Shown: positions 36,640 through 45,569 of the stretch, piece by piece
Position numbering within the stretch: position 1 is the stretch's first letter
Layout: each line of letters opens with the position of its first letter
DNA from: Hyphomicrobiales bacterium
GTDB taxonomy: Bacteria > Pseudomonadota > Alphaproteobacteria > Rhizobiales > Beijerinckiaceae
Assembly (NCBI GenBank): GCA_003241815.1
Contig: QBLV01000014.1
Coordinates: 19,453-83,452 of the forward strand
DNA: 64,000 nt
Direction of reading: 5' to 3'
Made by a program: the position numbers and the translations under genes
Notes under the pieces: generated by a model
The model's input: only the letters and a program-made list of their open reading frames with translations
Database searches by the model: none
Told to the model about the DNA's origin: nothing

Positions 36640-37743
36640 GTGAGTAGTGAGAATGACAGCAAGCTTCATCTGGGTGTTCGAGATACGCCGCTTGCCACGG
36701 GGCCTTCCGCGTTGACGTCCGGACATGAAGCGTCTGCGCCAGCGCTGGCGGTTGCCGATGCTGCGGAGATCGATCCCGATCCACGTGATTGGCTCGCGGC
36801 AATTATCGCGGGATCGGACGACGCAATCATCAGCAAGGATTTAGAGGGCAATATCCGCAGCTGGAATCGTGGCGCCGCTCGGCTGTTCGGTTATACGTCC
36901 GAAGAAGCTGTCGGCCGGCCAATTACCATCCTCATCCCCGATGAGCGACTCGGGGAAGAGCCAAAGATTTTGGACGAAATCCGACATGGGCGGCGCGTCG
37001 AACAATTCGAGACGCAACGCCGGCGTAAGGATGGCGCACTGATAGATCTGTCGTTGACAATTTCTCCAATTCACAACGAGCGCGGTGTGATTGTCGGGGC
37101 ATCGAAAATCGCCCGCGACGTCACCGAGCGGCAACGCGCCCAGGAGACGCAACGCCTCCTGTTCGGAGAAATGCAGCACCGTATCAAGAATCTGTTCGCG
37201 TTAACCGCTGGCATCGTCACCCTCAGCGGAAGATCGAACGCAAGCACTGACGAGGTGGTACGCACGATTCATGAGCGGCTCGGCGCGCTTGCTCGTGCTC
37301 ACGATCTGACGATTTCCGATTGGGCAAGCGAGACGATCCGCGAGCAGGCTGCTGACTTGCGAAATTTGGTTCGGGCAATTCTCGAGCCCTATGACGGCGA
37401 AGGTCAGATCGCCGTCGAGGGGATCGCCGCCACCGTCCACGGCAAAGCGCTGACGAACATGGCGCTGGTGCTTCATGAACTCGCCACCAACGCTGCAAAA
37501 TATGGCGCACTGTCTGGTCCGGAAGGACGTCTCGATGTTGGCATCGCCGAACATGAAGGCGAGATAAAGCTGACATGGGCGGAGACGTGCGGGCGAGAGA
37601 TATCGCGTCCCGCCGCGGAGGGGTTCGGCAGTCGCCTCGAACGGAGCCTATGCGCAGCCCTTGGAGCGACCGTCGATCGAGATTGGCGCGCAAATGGGCT
37701 TTGCATCGTCATTACGGTGCCAAAGAAAGGGCTCGAGGGATGA
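36640..37743 (+). CDS. PAS-domain sensor histidine kinase, HWE/HisKA_2 type
   Basis: PAS S-box (DAIISKDLEGNIRSWNRGAARLFGYTSEEAVGRPI), H-box EMQHRIKNLFA and N-box HELATNAAKYGAL. GTG start. No adjacent response regulator. Confidence 0.85.
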   Translation: MSSENDSKLHLGVRDTPLATGPSALTSGHEASAPALAVADAAEIDPDPRDWLAAIIAGSDDAIISKDLEGNIRSWNRGAARLFGYTSEEAVGRPITILIPDERLGEEPKILDEIRHGRRVEQFETQRRRKDGALIDLSLTISPIHNERGVIVGASKIARDVTERQRAQETQRLLFGEMQHRIKNLFALTAGIVTLSGRSNASTDEVVRTIHERLGALARAHDLTISDWASETIREQAADLRNLVRAILEPYDGEGQIAVEGIAATVHGKALTNMALVLHELATNAAKYGALSGPEGRLDVGIAEHEGEIKLTWAETCGREISRPAAEGFGSRLERSLCAALGATVDRDWRANGLCIVITVPKKGLEG

Positions 37744-37893
37744 TCTCTCGGAGCGGCCTTGGCCTGGCGTGTCCGACACCTCTGCTGGGTGCATTGCGCA
37801 GCGGCCCGGGCTGGACGTCGCAACACTCCTTAAAGGTCGCGGCGTGTCGCGTGACACCGAGTTCGTTGGGCCAGTGAAGAAAGCGAGGCGAGA

Positions 37894-38256
37894 GTGATGA
37901 GCGGAAGAGCGATCGGCACGGTTGCGGCCGTCTGTTTATTGATCGGCTTTGGGGCTGGCTTTGTCCTGCGCCCGGTCATTTCTCCGGTGTCGGCATCGCC
38001 AGCTGTCGCCGCCGGAGTGGCCCAGCCGAGTGAAGACGAGGCCACGGCGGCGGTACGACGTCATCGGCTGTTCACTGGGACATCGCTCGCGGACGCCACT
38101 CTGAAGCTCGGTGATTGTTCGCCAGGCGGCGTGGGACCCGGCGTGACCTGCATGACGCAGCTCGTCATGGACCCGACGAAGGCCGGAGCGGCTCCGCAGA
38201 ACCGCCCGATCGGCTTTGCGCGGATCAACGGCCAGTGGGAAGTCGCGGTCTGGTAG
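37894..38256 (+). CDS. Hypothetical membrane-anchored or exported protein
   Basis: 120 aa with an N-terminal TM (AIGTVAAVCLLIGFGAGFVL). No family recognised. Confidence 0.5.
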   Translation: MMSGRAIGTVAAVCLLIGFGAGFVLRPVISPVSASPAVAAGVAQPSEDEATAAVRRHRLFTGTSLADATLKLGDCSPGGVGPGVTCMTQLVMDPTKAGAAPQNRPIGFARINGQWEVAVW

Positions 38257-38391
38257 CGGCGGGCCAGACCCGATGATGTGGGCACTACACCTACGCTGTA
38301 GCACTCCAATCGTAGCCGAACATGCTTGCCGTGAACGCCGCAGCCAACATGCCCGGTCGGCGCAAGGTGGCGATAGAATGTGGGGTGAAAC

Positions 38392-38658
38392 GTGGCGCTG
38401 AATGGCAGGGTTTTCGGAGCGCTGTTTGCGCTCGCATGGTTTTGGATATGGGCGGCCCATGTGGCGACCGGTTTGCTCGACCGCCTGATTGCTGCTGCAC
38501 CCAGTGGGTGGACCTCTGCGATCGTGAGAGCACTCGACTCTTTCACGCGGGAATTATTGGTACAGCCGTTAGGCCGATCGCTTGCTGCGGCCGTGTTGGT
38601 TCTGGCTGGCGTCGCCCTGGCGGCGTTCCTCTACAAAACGAAGGCAGAATCAGCATGA
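38392..38658 (+). CDS. Hypothetical small two-TM membrane protein
   Basis: 88 aa with a GTG start and hydrophobic helices at both ends. Its stop overlaps (ATGA) the start of the next gene. Confidence 0.45.
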   Translation: MALNGRVFGALFALAWFWIWAAHVATGLLDRLIAAAPSGWTSAIVRALDSFTRELLVQPLGRSLAAAVLVLAGVALAAFLYKTKAESA

Positions 38659-39305
38659 GCAAGCCAACGGTGTGGGCAAGCAGCGTGATGGTAAGTATCT
38701 ACGGAAAGATGTTTTTCCGAAATGCTCTAGACTTCGACGAAGGCCCCGTCGATCCCAGGTTGCAGGGCTCCCGCGGCCGCAATGAAGCGGGTGAAGTGCT
38801 TTCCGCCGAAAGCTTTCCACCGGAAATCTGGGGCGTGCGCGGTCGCAAAGATTACGAGTCCCTACCTGATATTTTCATGGGCTATGGTCCCTGGATAGTA
38901 TCTAGGGCGGCGGCCGACGTGATACAGCAGTTTGACATCGGTCAAGGCCAATTCTTTACTATCCGTGTGTTGAAGAAAGATCGAAAGACGCCGATACCGG
39001 GGGAATGGCTCTGCATCAATTTCGGTAATGTAAAAACAGCCTATTTGGGGGGCGGAAGAGACCCTACTCCCTACATCGAGGCCCCAACTATTCGACACGC
39101 CATGCCTTATCCGGTGCAGGATAACATGCTGATGGTGAGTGCCGACGCGCTGGAAGGTCCCGACATTTGGGTCGATCCGCAAATCCGGGACACTTTCTTC
39201 GTCAGCGGTCGCTTGGCGAAGGGATTGAAGGATGCAGGTGTAGCCCGCGCTTTCGGGTTCAAGAGGTGCAAGATAGTCGATAGCGCAACGGGGACGGCGA
39301 CATAA
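38655..39305 (+). CDS. Imm11/DUF1629-like protein (polymorphic-toxin immunity family), tentative
   Basis: 216 aa from MSKPTVW. Duplicated pattern LPDIF..GPWIVSRAAADVI..F and GPDIWVDP...FFVSGRLAKGLKDAGV resembles Imm11 as I recall it. GC content is visibly lower here. Confidence 0.5.
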   Translation: MSKPTVWASSVMVSIYGKMFFRNALDFDEGPVDPRLQGSRGRNEAGEVLSAESFPPEIWGVRGRKDYESLPDIFMGYGPWIVSRAAADVIQQFDIGQGQFFTIRVLKKDRKTPIPGEWLCINFGNVKTAYLGGGRDPTPYIEAPTIRHAMPYPVQDNMLMVSADALEGPDIWVDPQIRDTFFVSGRLAKGLKDAGVARAFGFKRCKIVDSATGTAT

Positions 39306-39396
39306 CGTCAATCACGCGAGTTCGCTCACCGCTATCGCTGTCATTGCGGATATGCTGGCGTAGACCGCGGCGGCTGTTAAGTGCGGACGGAGGCGT

Positions 39397-39819
39397 GTGG
39401 CGGGCGACATCGATCGCGAACTGGCGGCTGTATTCCTCGCAAATGGCGAAGGTTTTCTGACGGGCGCGGACAGGGCCGATCGCGAGGGTGCGGGGGAGAT
39501 CTGCTACGCGATCGCCATCGCCACCGAGCTGGCGCTGAAGGCATTCCTCGTCGCACAGGGCTGGAGCGACGATCGCTGTCGCCGTGATGTCCGCCACGAT
39601 CTGCAAAAGGGACTGGCCTTTGCCGAGGCCGCAGGCCTCAAGACAGTGGCCGGGTTGGACGGGATCGTCACCGTGCTGAACGCCTATTATCCGAAGCATG
39701 CCTTCGACAGCTTCGTCGTTCCGGCGGGCGACACCGCGTTTCCGTCCAGGGCGCACGCGATTGTTGCGGACCTCTTTGAGAGTGTCCGCCCTCAGGTCAA
39801 GGCCTCCGGCGGGCGGTAA
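39397..39819 (+). CDS. HEPN-domain protein
   Basis: 140 aa, all-helical, with ATELALKAFLVAQGW....RRDVRHDLQKGL (Rx4H motif in the canonical HEPN context). GGAGG lies upstream of the GTG start. Confidence 0.65.
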   Translation: MAGDIDRELAAVFLANGEGFLTGADRADREGAGEICYAIAIATELALKAFLVAQGWSDDRCRRDVRHDLQKGLAFAEAAGLKTVAGLDGIVTVLNAYYPKHAFDSFVVPAGDTAFPSRAHAIVADLFESVRPQVKASGGR

Positions 39820-40016
39820 AGTTCGAAGGGATTACCGTCGGCCAGATGGCCAAACGGGGTGAACACGTAGTCGCCGTCATCGCGCCCGACGGCGCAGATA
39901 ACGTAACGGGTCTCGCCCGTTGCGATTTCGGTGCATTCCATCAGCGCCAGATCGCCGCTCGTCGCGGCGCTCAGCAAGGTTTGGAAGTTGGTGCGAGCGT
40001 GATCGGGAATGCTCAT
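39792..40016 (-). CDS. Conserved hypothetical small protein (ICE backbone)
   Basis: 74 aa with high-GC3 codon usage. 4-bp overlap with the upstream gene 40013-40426. Confidence 0.6.
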   Translation of the reverse strand: MSIPDHARTNFQTLLSAATSGDLALMECTEIATGETRYVICAVGRDDGDYVFTPFGHLADGNPFELYRPPEALT

Positions 40017-40426
40017 CGCGCCCCTCCGTCGGGAAGCCTATCGGCGAGCCAGCGCCCAGTGCTGATCCATTCGAGCGTCCGGCCCGTCGATAGATCGAGG
40101 ACATGGGCGCCGCCCGAGAAGCCGTCGACGACGGGGTCCGAAGCGATGCTCGCCCATTGGAATCCCCAGCGCCCTGTCAGGCCGAAGGCATCGGCGCAGC
40201 GCGTCACGAAGGTGATGGCGAGCTGCTGGTCTGCGCTGCCGGCATCGCGCAGCCACAGGCGGGCCGGTCCGTACTCGGGTGAAAGCGAGAGCAGGAACGG
40301 TTCGGCCGGCGGGTCTTCGCGGGCGTTTTCGGCGATCAGCGCAGTGTAGATGTCGAAGGCGCGCGCCGCGTTGGCGGCGGTGCCGATGTCGAGCAGGCAG
40401 GAAAAGCGGGTGAGAAAATCGGTCAT
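40013..40426 (-). CDS. Conserved hypothetical protein (ICE backbone)
   Basis: 137 aa with a good coding pattern. First gene after the terminator at 40441-40468. Confidence 0.6.
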   Translation of the reverse strand: MTDFLTRFSCLLDIGTAANAARAFDIYTALIAENAREDPPAEPFLLSLSPEYGPARLWLRDAGSADQQLAITFVTRCADAFGLTGRWGFQWASIASDPVVDGFSGGAHVLDLSTGRTLEWISTGRWLADRLPDGGAR

Positions 40427-40440
40427 GGCGGGCTCCTGAA

Positions 40441-40468
40441 ACGAAAAAGCCCGGCGCTGGGCCGGGCT
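40441..40468 (-). terminator. Rho-independent terminator
   Basis: Minus strand: AGCCCGGC-CCAGC-GCCGGGCT (8-bp GC stem) followed by TTTTTCGTTTC, directly downstream of the 72-aa gene. Confidence 0.75.
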
Positions 40469-40491
40469 CGGGGGGATCGAACGTGCTCGGG

Positions 40492-40710
40492 CTAGTAGCC
40501 GAACTGCCAGGACGGCCAGGCCTGGCCGTCGTCGGCGGCTCGCACGGCATCGTCGAGGTAGGCGGGGTCACCCTCGACGACGGTGGGATCGCGGACTGGC
40601 GTCTCGTCGATGACGGTGACGCGGGCAACGAGCCCGTCTTCGACCTCGACATGCACGGGCACGAGATATCGGAAGACGACGCGCCGGGGCGCTGGGCTGG
40701 ATTGCGACAT
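40492..40710 (-). CDS. Conserved hypothetical small protein downstream of the ParB-like gene
   Basis: 72 aa from MSQSSPAPRRVVFRYLVPVHVEVEDGLVARVTVIDETPV. The ORF-track upstream extension overlaps the ParB-like gene end. Confidence 0.55.
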   Translation of the reverse strand: MSQSSPAPRRVVFRYLVPVHVEVEDGLVARVTVIDETPVRDPTVVEGDPAYLDDAVRAADDGQAWPSWQFGY

Positions 40711-40769
40711 GGCGCAGCTCCTTGGTTGGAGGGATAGGCGGAGCGGCCGAAGCCGCCCCGCCTGCGCGA

Positions 40770-42896
40770 TCACTCGGCCGCGACGAGTTGGCGTTCGTCG
40801 TCTTCGCCGGCCGGGTCCTCGTCATCGCCCGCGAGGAAGTCGGGCAGCTCCGCGCCGTCATCCTCGCCGCCGGTCTGGGTTTCCGGCGTGGACGTGTCGG
40901 CCTCGGCCACCAGGCGCAGCGGTTCCGGCAGCCAGCCGGTGTCGGCCAGCAGGCGCTCGGCCTCCTTGGCCATGTCGCCCTTCTTCAGATGGTCGATAAG
41001 CTGCGCGGCCTGTTCGCCGGCTCCCTCGCGGACGGCCTGAAGGATGCGGGGTTTGGTGACCCGGTTGAGGTAGTTGCCGAAGGTCGGACGCCAGCCGGCT
41101 TCGACCAGATCGAGCCCGGTCGCCAGAGTCAGGCGGTCGGCCTGGGCGAGCCGCATCTCGAGCGTGTGCTGCGACACGCCGCCAGCGCTATGCGGATTCG
41201 GACGCTCGTAGAGCGCGTTCACGCCATAGCTGACGCAATGTGCCAGGAGTGCCATCCGGCTGGCGTCGTCCAGGCCCGCGAGCCAGTCCCACAGGGCGAC
41301 GTCCTCCTTCGGGATGTCGCCCGCCCAAGCGGCGTGGCGGTCCTGCACCGCGCGTGCGGACGGGCTGTCCTTCAGCGCATCGTCCTGGGCCGGGAAGAAG
41401 ACGTGCTTCACCCCGGCTTCCATGGCGCCCGTATACATGCGGGTCATGAAGGTGTCCGAGACAAGCTTGTGGAGCAGCGCCGTCATGGCGACGTGCGGAT
41501 TCTCCGCGACGGCGTTCCGAAGCGCGAGCGTGCGGTACGCCGTCAGCTCGACCACAAGGCGCTCCGGCAGCGGCTTGATGACGCCGTCGTCCTCGTCGTC
41601 CTCGGGCTCGGCAGGCTGGCCACCGATGGTGATGACCGCCCGCTGCACCACGGGCTCGGCCGGATCGCCGCCGGCGTCCACGTCGGTCTCGCCCTCAGCC
41701 TCGATCGGCGCTTCGTCCTCGGCCCGCACATAGCCGCGGTCGATGTCGAGGCTGCCGTCGTGGGCGATGCTGATGAAGACGCCCGCGCGGGGGATGTCGT
41801 CCGCCTCGAAGCGTACCGGCCTGGTCTCGAAGGCGGCGATCGCCGTCTCGATCTCGCCGAGGCGCTGATCGACCTCATCCGGCAGCTCGTCGGCGCCTTC
41901 ATATTCGGCCTCGAGCTTCTGATATTCGGCGTTGAGCGCCTCGATGGTCGCCTGTTCCTCGGCCGAGAGGTCGAGCGGTTCGCCCTGCAGCTCGCGCAGG
42001 CCCCGCGTGGCGTCATAGGGGAAGCTGACCGCGACCTCGATCCACTTCCACCCTTCGGCGGCGATCGTCTCGGCCGTGGCCTTCAGTTTCTCCGCGACCA
42101 GTCGGTCGAGCAGGCCTGCGTCCTGGAGCCAGCCGCCATCGTCGGACTGGAAGAGATCGCGCATGGTGACGCCGCCGGCCGCCTCATAGGCGTCGACGCC
42201 TAGGAAAACGGCCCGCTTGTCCGAGGCGCGCACGGTGGTCTCGGTGAGCATGCGCCGGATTTGGTAGGGCTCCTTCGACCACGCATCCTTGATCGCGTCC
42301 CAGACCTGTTCCTGGCGGGCATGGTCGTTGGACACGGTGAAGGCCATGAGCTGCTCCAGCGTCATGCCGTCCTCGGCATAGACGTCGAGCAGCGCGGGCG
42401 ACGCGGACGCCAGCCGCAGTCGCTGCTTCACGACCTGGGCCGGCACGAAGAAGGCCGCGGCGATCTCCTCCTCGCTCATGCCCTTGTCGCGCATGTCCTG
42501 GAAGGCGCGATACTGGTCGAGGGGATGGAGCGGCGCGCGCTCGATATTCTCGGCAAGCGAGACCTCCTCGGCGAGGATGGCGCTGTCGCGCTCGCGCACC
42601 ACGCAGGGCACCGGCGCGATCTTGGCGAGGCGCTTCTGCTTGACCAGCATCTCCAGCGCCCGGAAACGGCGGCCGCCGGCGGGCACCTCGAACATGCCGG
42701 TCTCGTTGCCCTCGGCGTCAGCGACGGGAACGACGCTGAGGCTCTGGATCAGGCCGCGTCGTGCGATCGAGGCCGCCAGGTCGTCGATCGAGACGCCGGC
42801 CTTCACGCGCCGGACGTTCGACTGGCTCAGGACCAGCTTGTTGAAGGGAATGTCGCGCGAGGACGACAGGACGATCTTTTGAGCTGCAGTAGCCAT
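40770..42896 (-). CDS. ParB/Spo0J-like nuclease-domain protein (large ICE ParB-like protein)
   Basis: 708 aa. N-terminal ParB box (IPFNKLVLSQSNVRR...GLIQSLSVVP...VPAGGRRFRALEML). Confidence 0.88.
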   Translation of the reverse strand: MATAAQKIVLSSSRDIPFNKLVLSQSNVRRVKAGVSIDDLAASIARRGLIQSLSVVPVADAEGNETGMFEVPAGGRRFRALEMLVKQKRLAKIAPVPCVVRERDSAILAEEVSLAENIERAPLHPLDQYRAFQDMRDKGMSEEEIAAAFFVPAQVVKQRLRLASASPALLDVYAEDGMTLEQLMAFTVSNDHARQEQVWDAIKDAWSKEPYQIRRMLTETTVRASDKRAVFLGVDAYEAAGGVTMRDLFQSDDGGWLQDAGLLDRLVAEKLKATAETIAAEGWKWIEVAVSFPYDATRGLRELQGEPLDLSAEEQATIEALNAEYQKLEAEYEGADELPDEVDQRLGEIETAIAAFETRPVRFEADDIPRAGVFISIAHDGSLDIDRGYVRAEDEAPIEAEGETDVDAGGDPAEPVVQRAVITIGGQPAEPEDDEDDGVIKPLPERLVVELTAYRTLALRNAVAENPHVAMTALLHKLVSDTFMTRMYTGAMEAGVKHVFFPAQDDALKDSPSARAVQDRHAAWAGDIPKEDVALWDWLAGLDDASRMALLAHCVSYGVNALYERPNPHSAGGVSQHTLEMRLAQADRLTLATGLDLVEAGWRPTFGNYLNRVTKPRILQAVREGAGEQAAQLIDHLKKGDMAKEAERLLADTGWLPEPLRLVAEADTSTPETQTGGEDDGAELPDFLAGDDEDPAGEDDERQLVAAE

Positions 42897-43060
42897 CGGG
42901 ATGTACTCCGCGACGGGCGGCCGAGAGCCTCTCTCTCGACCTCCAACCCGTCACGAAAATCCCGTCCCCCCTCTTACTCTCTGCTTTCGGCGCGGACGCC
43001 CGCGACAACCGAACCGATCCGGATACGGTCGAGACAATCTCCGCTGGCTTTGACCTGGGG

Positions 43061-43075
43061 CGACCATAATAGTCG
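43061..43075. promoter_or_regulatory. Operator-like palindrome CGACCAT-A-ATAGTCG (copy b, one mismatch)
   Basis: 165 bp upstream of the ParB-like start and about 75 bp upstream of the plus-strand ORF 43150. Shares ATAATAGTCGCCCT with copy a. Confidence 0.5.
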
Positions 43076-43149
43076 CCCTACCGTGGCGGCGCTATCGGCC
43101 TCCGCAATGTTCACGTGCGTCGGATCGGCCGGGCGCTCGGATCGATCGG

Positions 43150-43464
43150 ATGGAGGCGATGAACAAAACGAAGAAACCGGCATCCTTGCGCAGCTGGATC
43201 GCGACGCTCGGCCTACGACGTTCACAGCCGAAGCTCTCCGCCGTCGAGCGCGCCCTGGTCGGTGCCAATGGCAAGGCGCTGACCATGCTGGTCACCGCGT
43301 TGCAGGCGCGCGGCCACTTGGAAGTGGAGGAATTCTCCAACCTGCTCGGGATCTTCAGCGTGGTCGTTGGAGACGACGACGATCTGGAAGGCGCGATCCT
43401 CGCCATCTGGGCTGCGACGCTGAAGGAGAGTCTGAGGGGACCGACATCGCCCGTCGATCCGTAG
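43150..43464 (+). CDS. Hypothetical small protein (only plus-strand ORF in this backbone segment)
   Basis: 104 aa with GC3-rich codon usage consistent with real coding. No family recognised. Start could be 43150 or 43159. Confidence 0.45.
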   Translation: MEAMNKTKKPASLRSWIATLGLRRSQPKLSAVERALVGANGKALTMLVTALQARGHLEVEEFSNLLGIFSVVVGDDDDLEGAILAIWAATLKESLRGPTSPVDP

Positions 43465-43513
43465 AGGCGTAAGGCCGTAAAGTCGGATCAGCGTATCGCC
43501 GGTTCTACGGTCG

Positions 43514-44293
43514 TCACGAGGCGCGGAGCTGACCGCCTTGACCGGCGAGCGGATCGATGCGGCGGACAATGACGGGACGCGTGTTGGCGGCCTGGGCAAG
43601 CTGCTCGATCAGCGAAAGGTCCGATTCGGAGCATTCGCCGCGGACATCGATCTCAACCCAATGATCGCTGCGGGCGACGTCGAAGTCGCGCAGGCGGTGA
43701 TGGGACGATGTGTAGAAGCTCTCGTTCTGGCCGAGCAGCCGGGCGCGCGAGGTGAGGAAGAGGATGCCCGAGCCGAGGTTGCCGCAGAACAGCAACTCGT
43801 CGGTCGGGCTGGTGTCGGGACCGCCGCCGACCAGCTTGCGTCCGATCTGGCGGAAGGCCTCGTTGAACGTGGCGGGATTGGCGGTGATCCGCGCCTGGGA
43901 TCTCTGATGGAATACCCAGGGCGGCCGGTCTGGATCAAGGCGGCCGACTGCGATCTGATGGAGGAAGTCCGCGAAGCTCGCCGGATCAGCCGGATATGGG
44001 CATGTCCGCCATAGCCCCCGCACCTTGGCGCGCAGCAGATCGGGCAACGCGAAGAGCCTGGCCCGCGCCTCGCGCCAGCGCCTGGCGCGGGCGTCGCGCT
44101 GGTCATGCTCGCGTTCGTCCCACCAGACATGGCGGCGGGCCATCTCCTCGTCGACGCCGTGCTGCCGCGCGGCGATGGCGTCGGCGAAGAGCGGCAGCGC
44201 CTCCCGCTCGAGGTGCTGCTTGCGGAGGAACGCCGCGCGTTTGCGCGGCGTCTCCCGATAGGCGGTAGGCCGGGGCCAGCGACGGAAGCGCAT
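43514..44293 (-). CDS. Conserved hypothetical protein (ICE backbone, downstream of ardC)
   Basis: 259 aa. Its start abuts or overlaps the stop of the upstream 105-aa gene. No domain recognised. Confidence 0.65.
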   Translation of the reverse strand: MRFRRWPRPTAYRETPRKRAAFLRKQHLEREALPLFADAIAARQHGVDEEMARRHVWWDEREHDQRDARARRWREARARLFALPDLLRAKVRGLWRTCPYPADPASFADFLHQIAVGRLDPDRPPWVFHQRSQARITANPATFNEAFRQIGRKLVGGGPDTSPTDELLFCGNLGSGILFLTSRARLLGQNESFYTSSHHRLRDFDVARSDHWVEIDVRGECSESDLSLIEQLAQAANTRPVIVRRIDPLAGQGGQLRAS

Positions 44294-44610
44294 CAGATCG
44301 CCTCCCGCGCTTCGCGAATGGAGCTTTCGGAATCGTCGAAGATCTCCAGCGCGTCGGTTTCAGGCGCATCGCGGTCGAAGAGGATGTACTCGGCGCCGAG
44401 GCGCCGAGCATAGGCTTTGATCGCCTGGAGATCGCCAGGTTGGTCCTCAAGCTCGCCTTCATCCACCCAGACGAACCAGCCGTAGGGTGTCGATGAGATC
44501 AGCTCCTCGCCGCGTTCGGCATGCCGTTCGAGATAGACGCGCGAAGCGGAGGACAGGTGGATAGTCGAGCAGTCGAGAAAAGGCCGTAGAGGATAAGCGA
44601 TCGTGGTCAT
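44293..44610 (-). CDS. Conserved hypothetical small acidic protein
   Basis: 105 aa. 4-bp overlap with the ardC stop. Confidence 0.6.
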   Translation of the reverse strand: MTTIAYPLRPFLDCSTIHLSSASRVYLERHAERGEELISSTPYGWFVWVDEGELEDQPGDLQAIKAYARRLGAEYILFDRDAPETDALEIFDDSESSIREAREAI

Positions 44611-45569
44611 GCCGCCCTCCGTTTAAGCTCGATATCGGCGGCCAGCGCTGGCGCGCCGGTCTCGGGCGCATGGGCGAGCAGCCAGTCGGCTGCCTTGCTC
44701 GCTTGGCTGGCGGCGCGGACGATAGCGCGATTGTCCTCGCGCAGAACCTCCAGCCACGATCCGAGATAGTCCGCGTGCCGTACGGTCGGAACGATGCCGA
44801 GCGAGGCGCAGCAGAAGGCCGCGTTCATCTCCGCGACCAGCTCCTCGAAGGCGTATTTCTTGGTGCCGAAGGCGCCGGTCATGTCGCGGCCGAGCCGGGA
44901 TGGATGGCCCGTTGCGTGGCCGAGCTCGTGCAGCGCCGTGCGGTGCCAGTTGATGGGATCGAAATAGGCCTGGGGCGGTGGGACTTGGACGTAATCGAGC
45001 GCCGGGACATAGAAGGCCCGGTTGCCGCCGATGCGGAAGTCGATGGCCGTCGAGCGGATCAGAGCCTCGACCTGCGGCTCGACCAGCCCCGGCGGCGGTG
45101 GCGGCGCGACCGTGGCGATATCGTCCGGCAGGTTCTCGCACTGCGCGGCGTTGAACACCGTGAAGCGCTTCAGGAACGGGATCGCCTGGGCGTCCTCGCC
45201 GGTCTCGCGGGCTCGGCGCTTCTCGCCGTCCGGCACGAAGCGATCGGCATAGACGACGGTCGTGCCGCGCTCGCCCTTGCGGACATTACCGCCGAGAGCC
45301 AGCGCCTGGCGGAAGGTGAGCCAGCTCTGGCCCGGGAAGCCGTGTTCGACGACGGCGCCCCATAGGATCAGGACATTGATCCCCGAATAGTGCCGGCTGG
45401 TGGCGGCGTTCCTCGGCATGGCGAGGGGCGCCTTCGCCGCGGCGGTCCCCCATGGCTGGACCCATGGGACGCGTCCGGCTTCCAGCTCGCCGATGATCTT
45501 GCCGGTGATTTCGTCGTAGAGGCTCGTCCGGTCCTGGCCGGCGCGAACGGTTGCGGTCTTTCTGGACAT
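44607..45569 (-). CDS. ardC: ArdC-like antirestriction protein (ssDNA-binding N-domain plus zincin metalloprotease)
   Basis: 320 aa with LYDEITGKIIGELEAGRVPWVQPW... (ArdC N-domain) and the HELGHATGH zinc-binding motif. Confidence 0.88.
   Translation of the reverse strand: MSRKTATVRAGQDRTSLYDEITGKIIGELEAGRVPWVQPWGTAAAKAPLAMPRNAATSRHYSGINVLILWGAVVEHGFPGQSWLTFRQALALGGNVRKGERGTTVVYADRFVPDGEKRRARETGEDAQAIPFLKRFTVFNAAQCENLPDDIATVAPPPPPGLVEPQVEALIRSTAIDFRIGGNRAFYVPALDYVQVPPPQAYFDPINWHRTALHELGHATGHPSRLGRDMTGAFGTKKYAFEELVAEMNAAFCCASLGIVPTVRHADYLGSWLEVLREDNRAIVRAASQASKAADWLLAHAPETGAPALAADIELKRRAA

Noticed and set aside
40722-42203. 493-aa plus-strand ORF (also 42261-43472, 403 aa)
   Set aside because: It lies antisense to the ParB-like gene and has a shadow-ORF composition, while the minus strand carries the ParB box.
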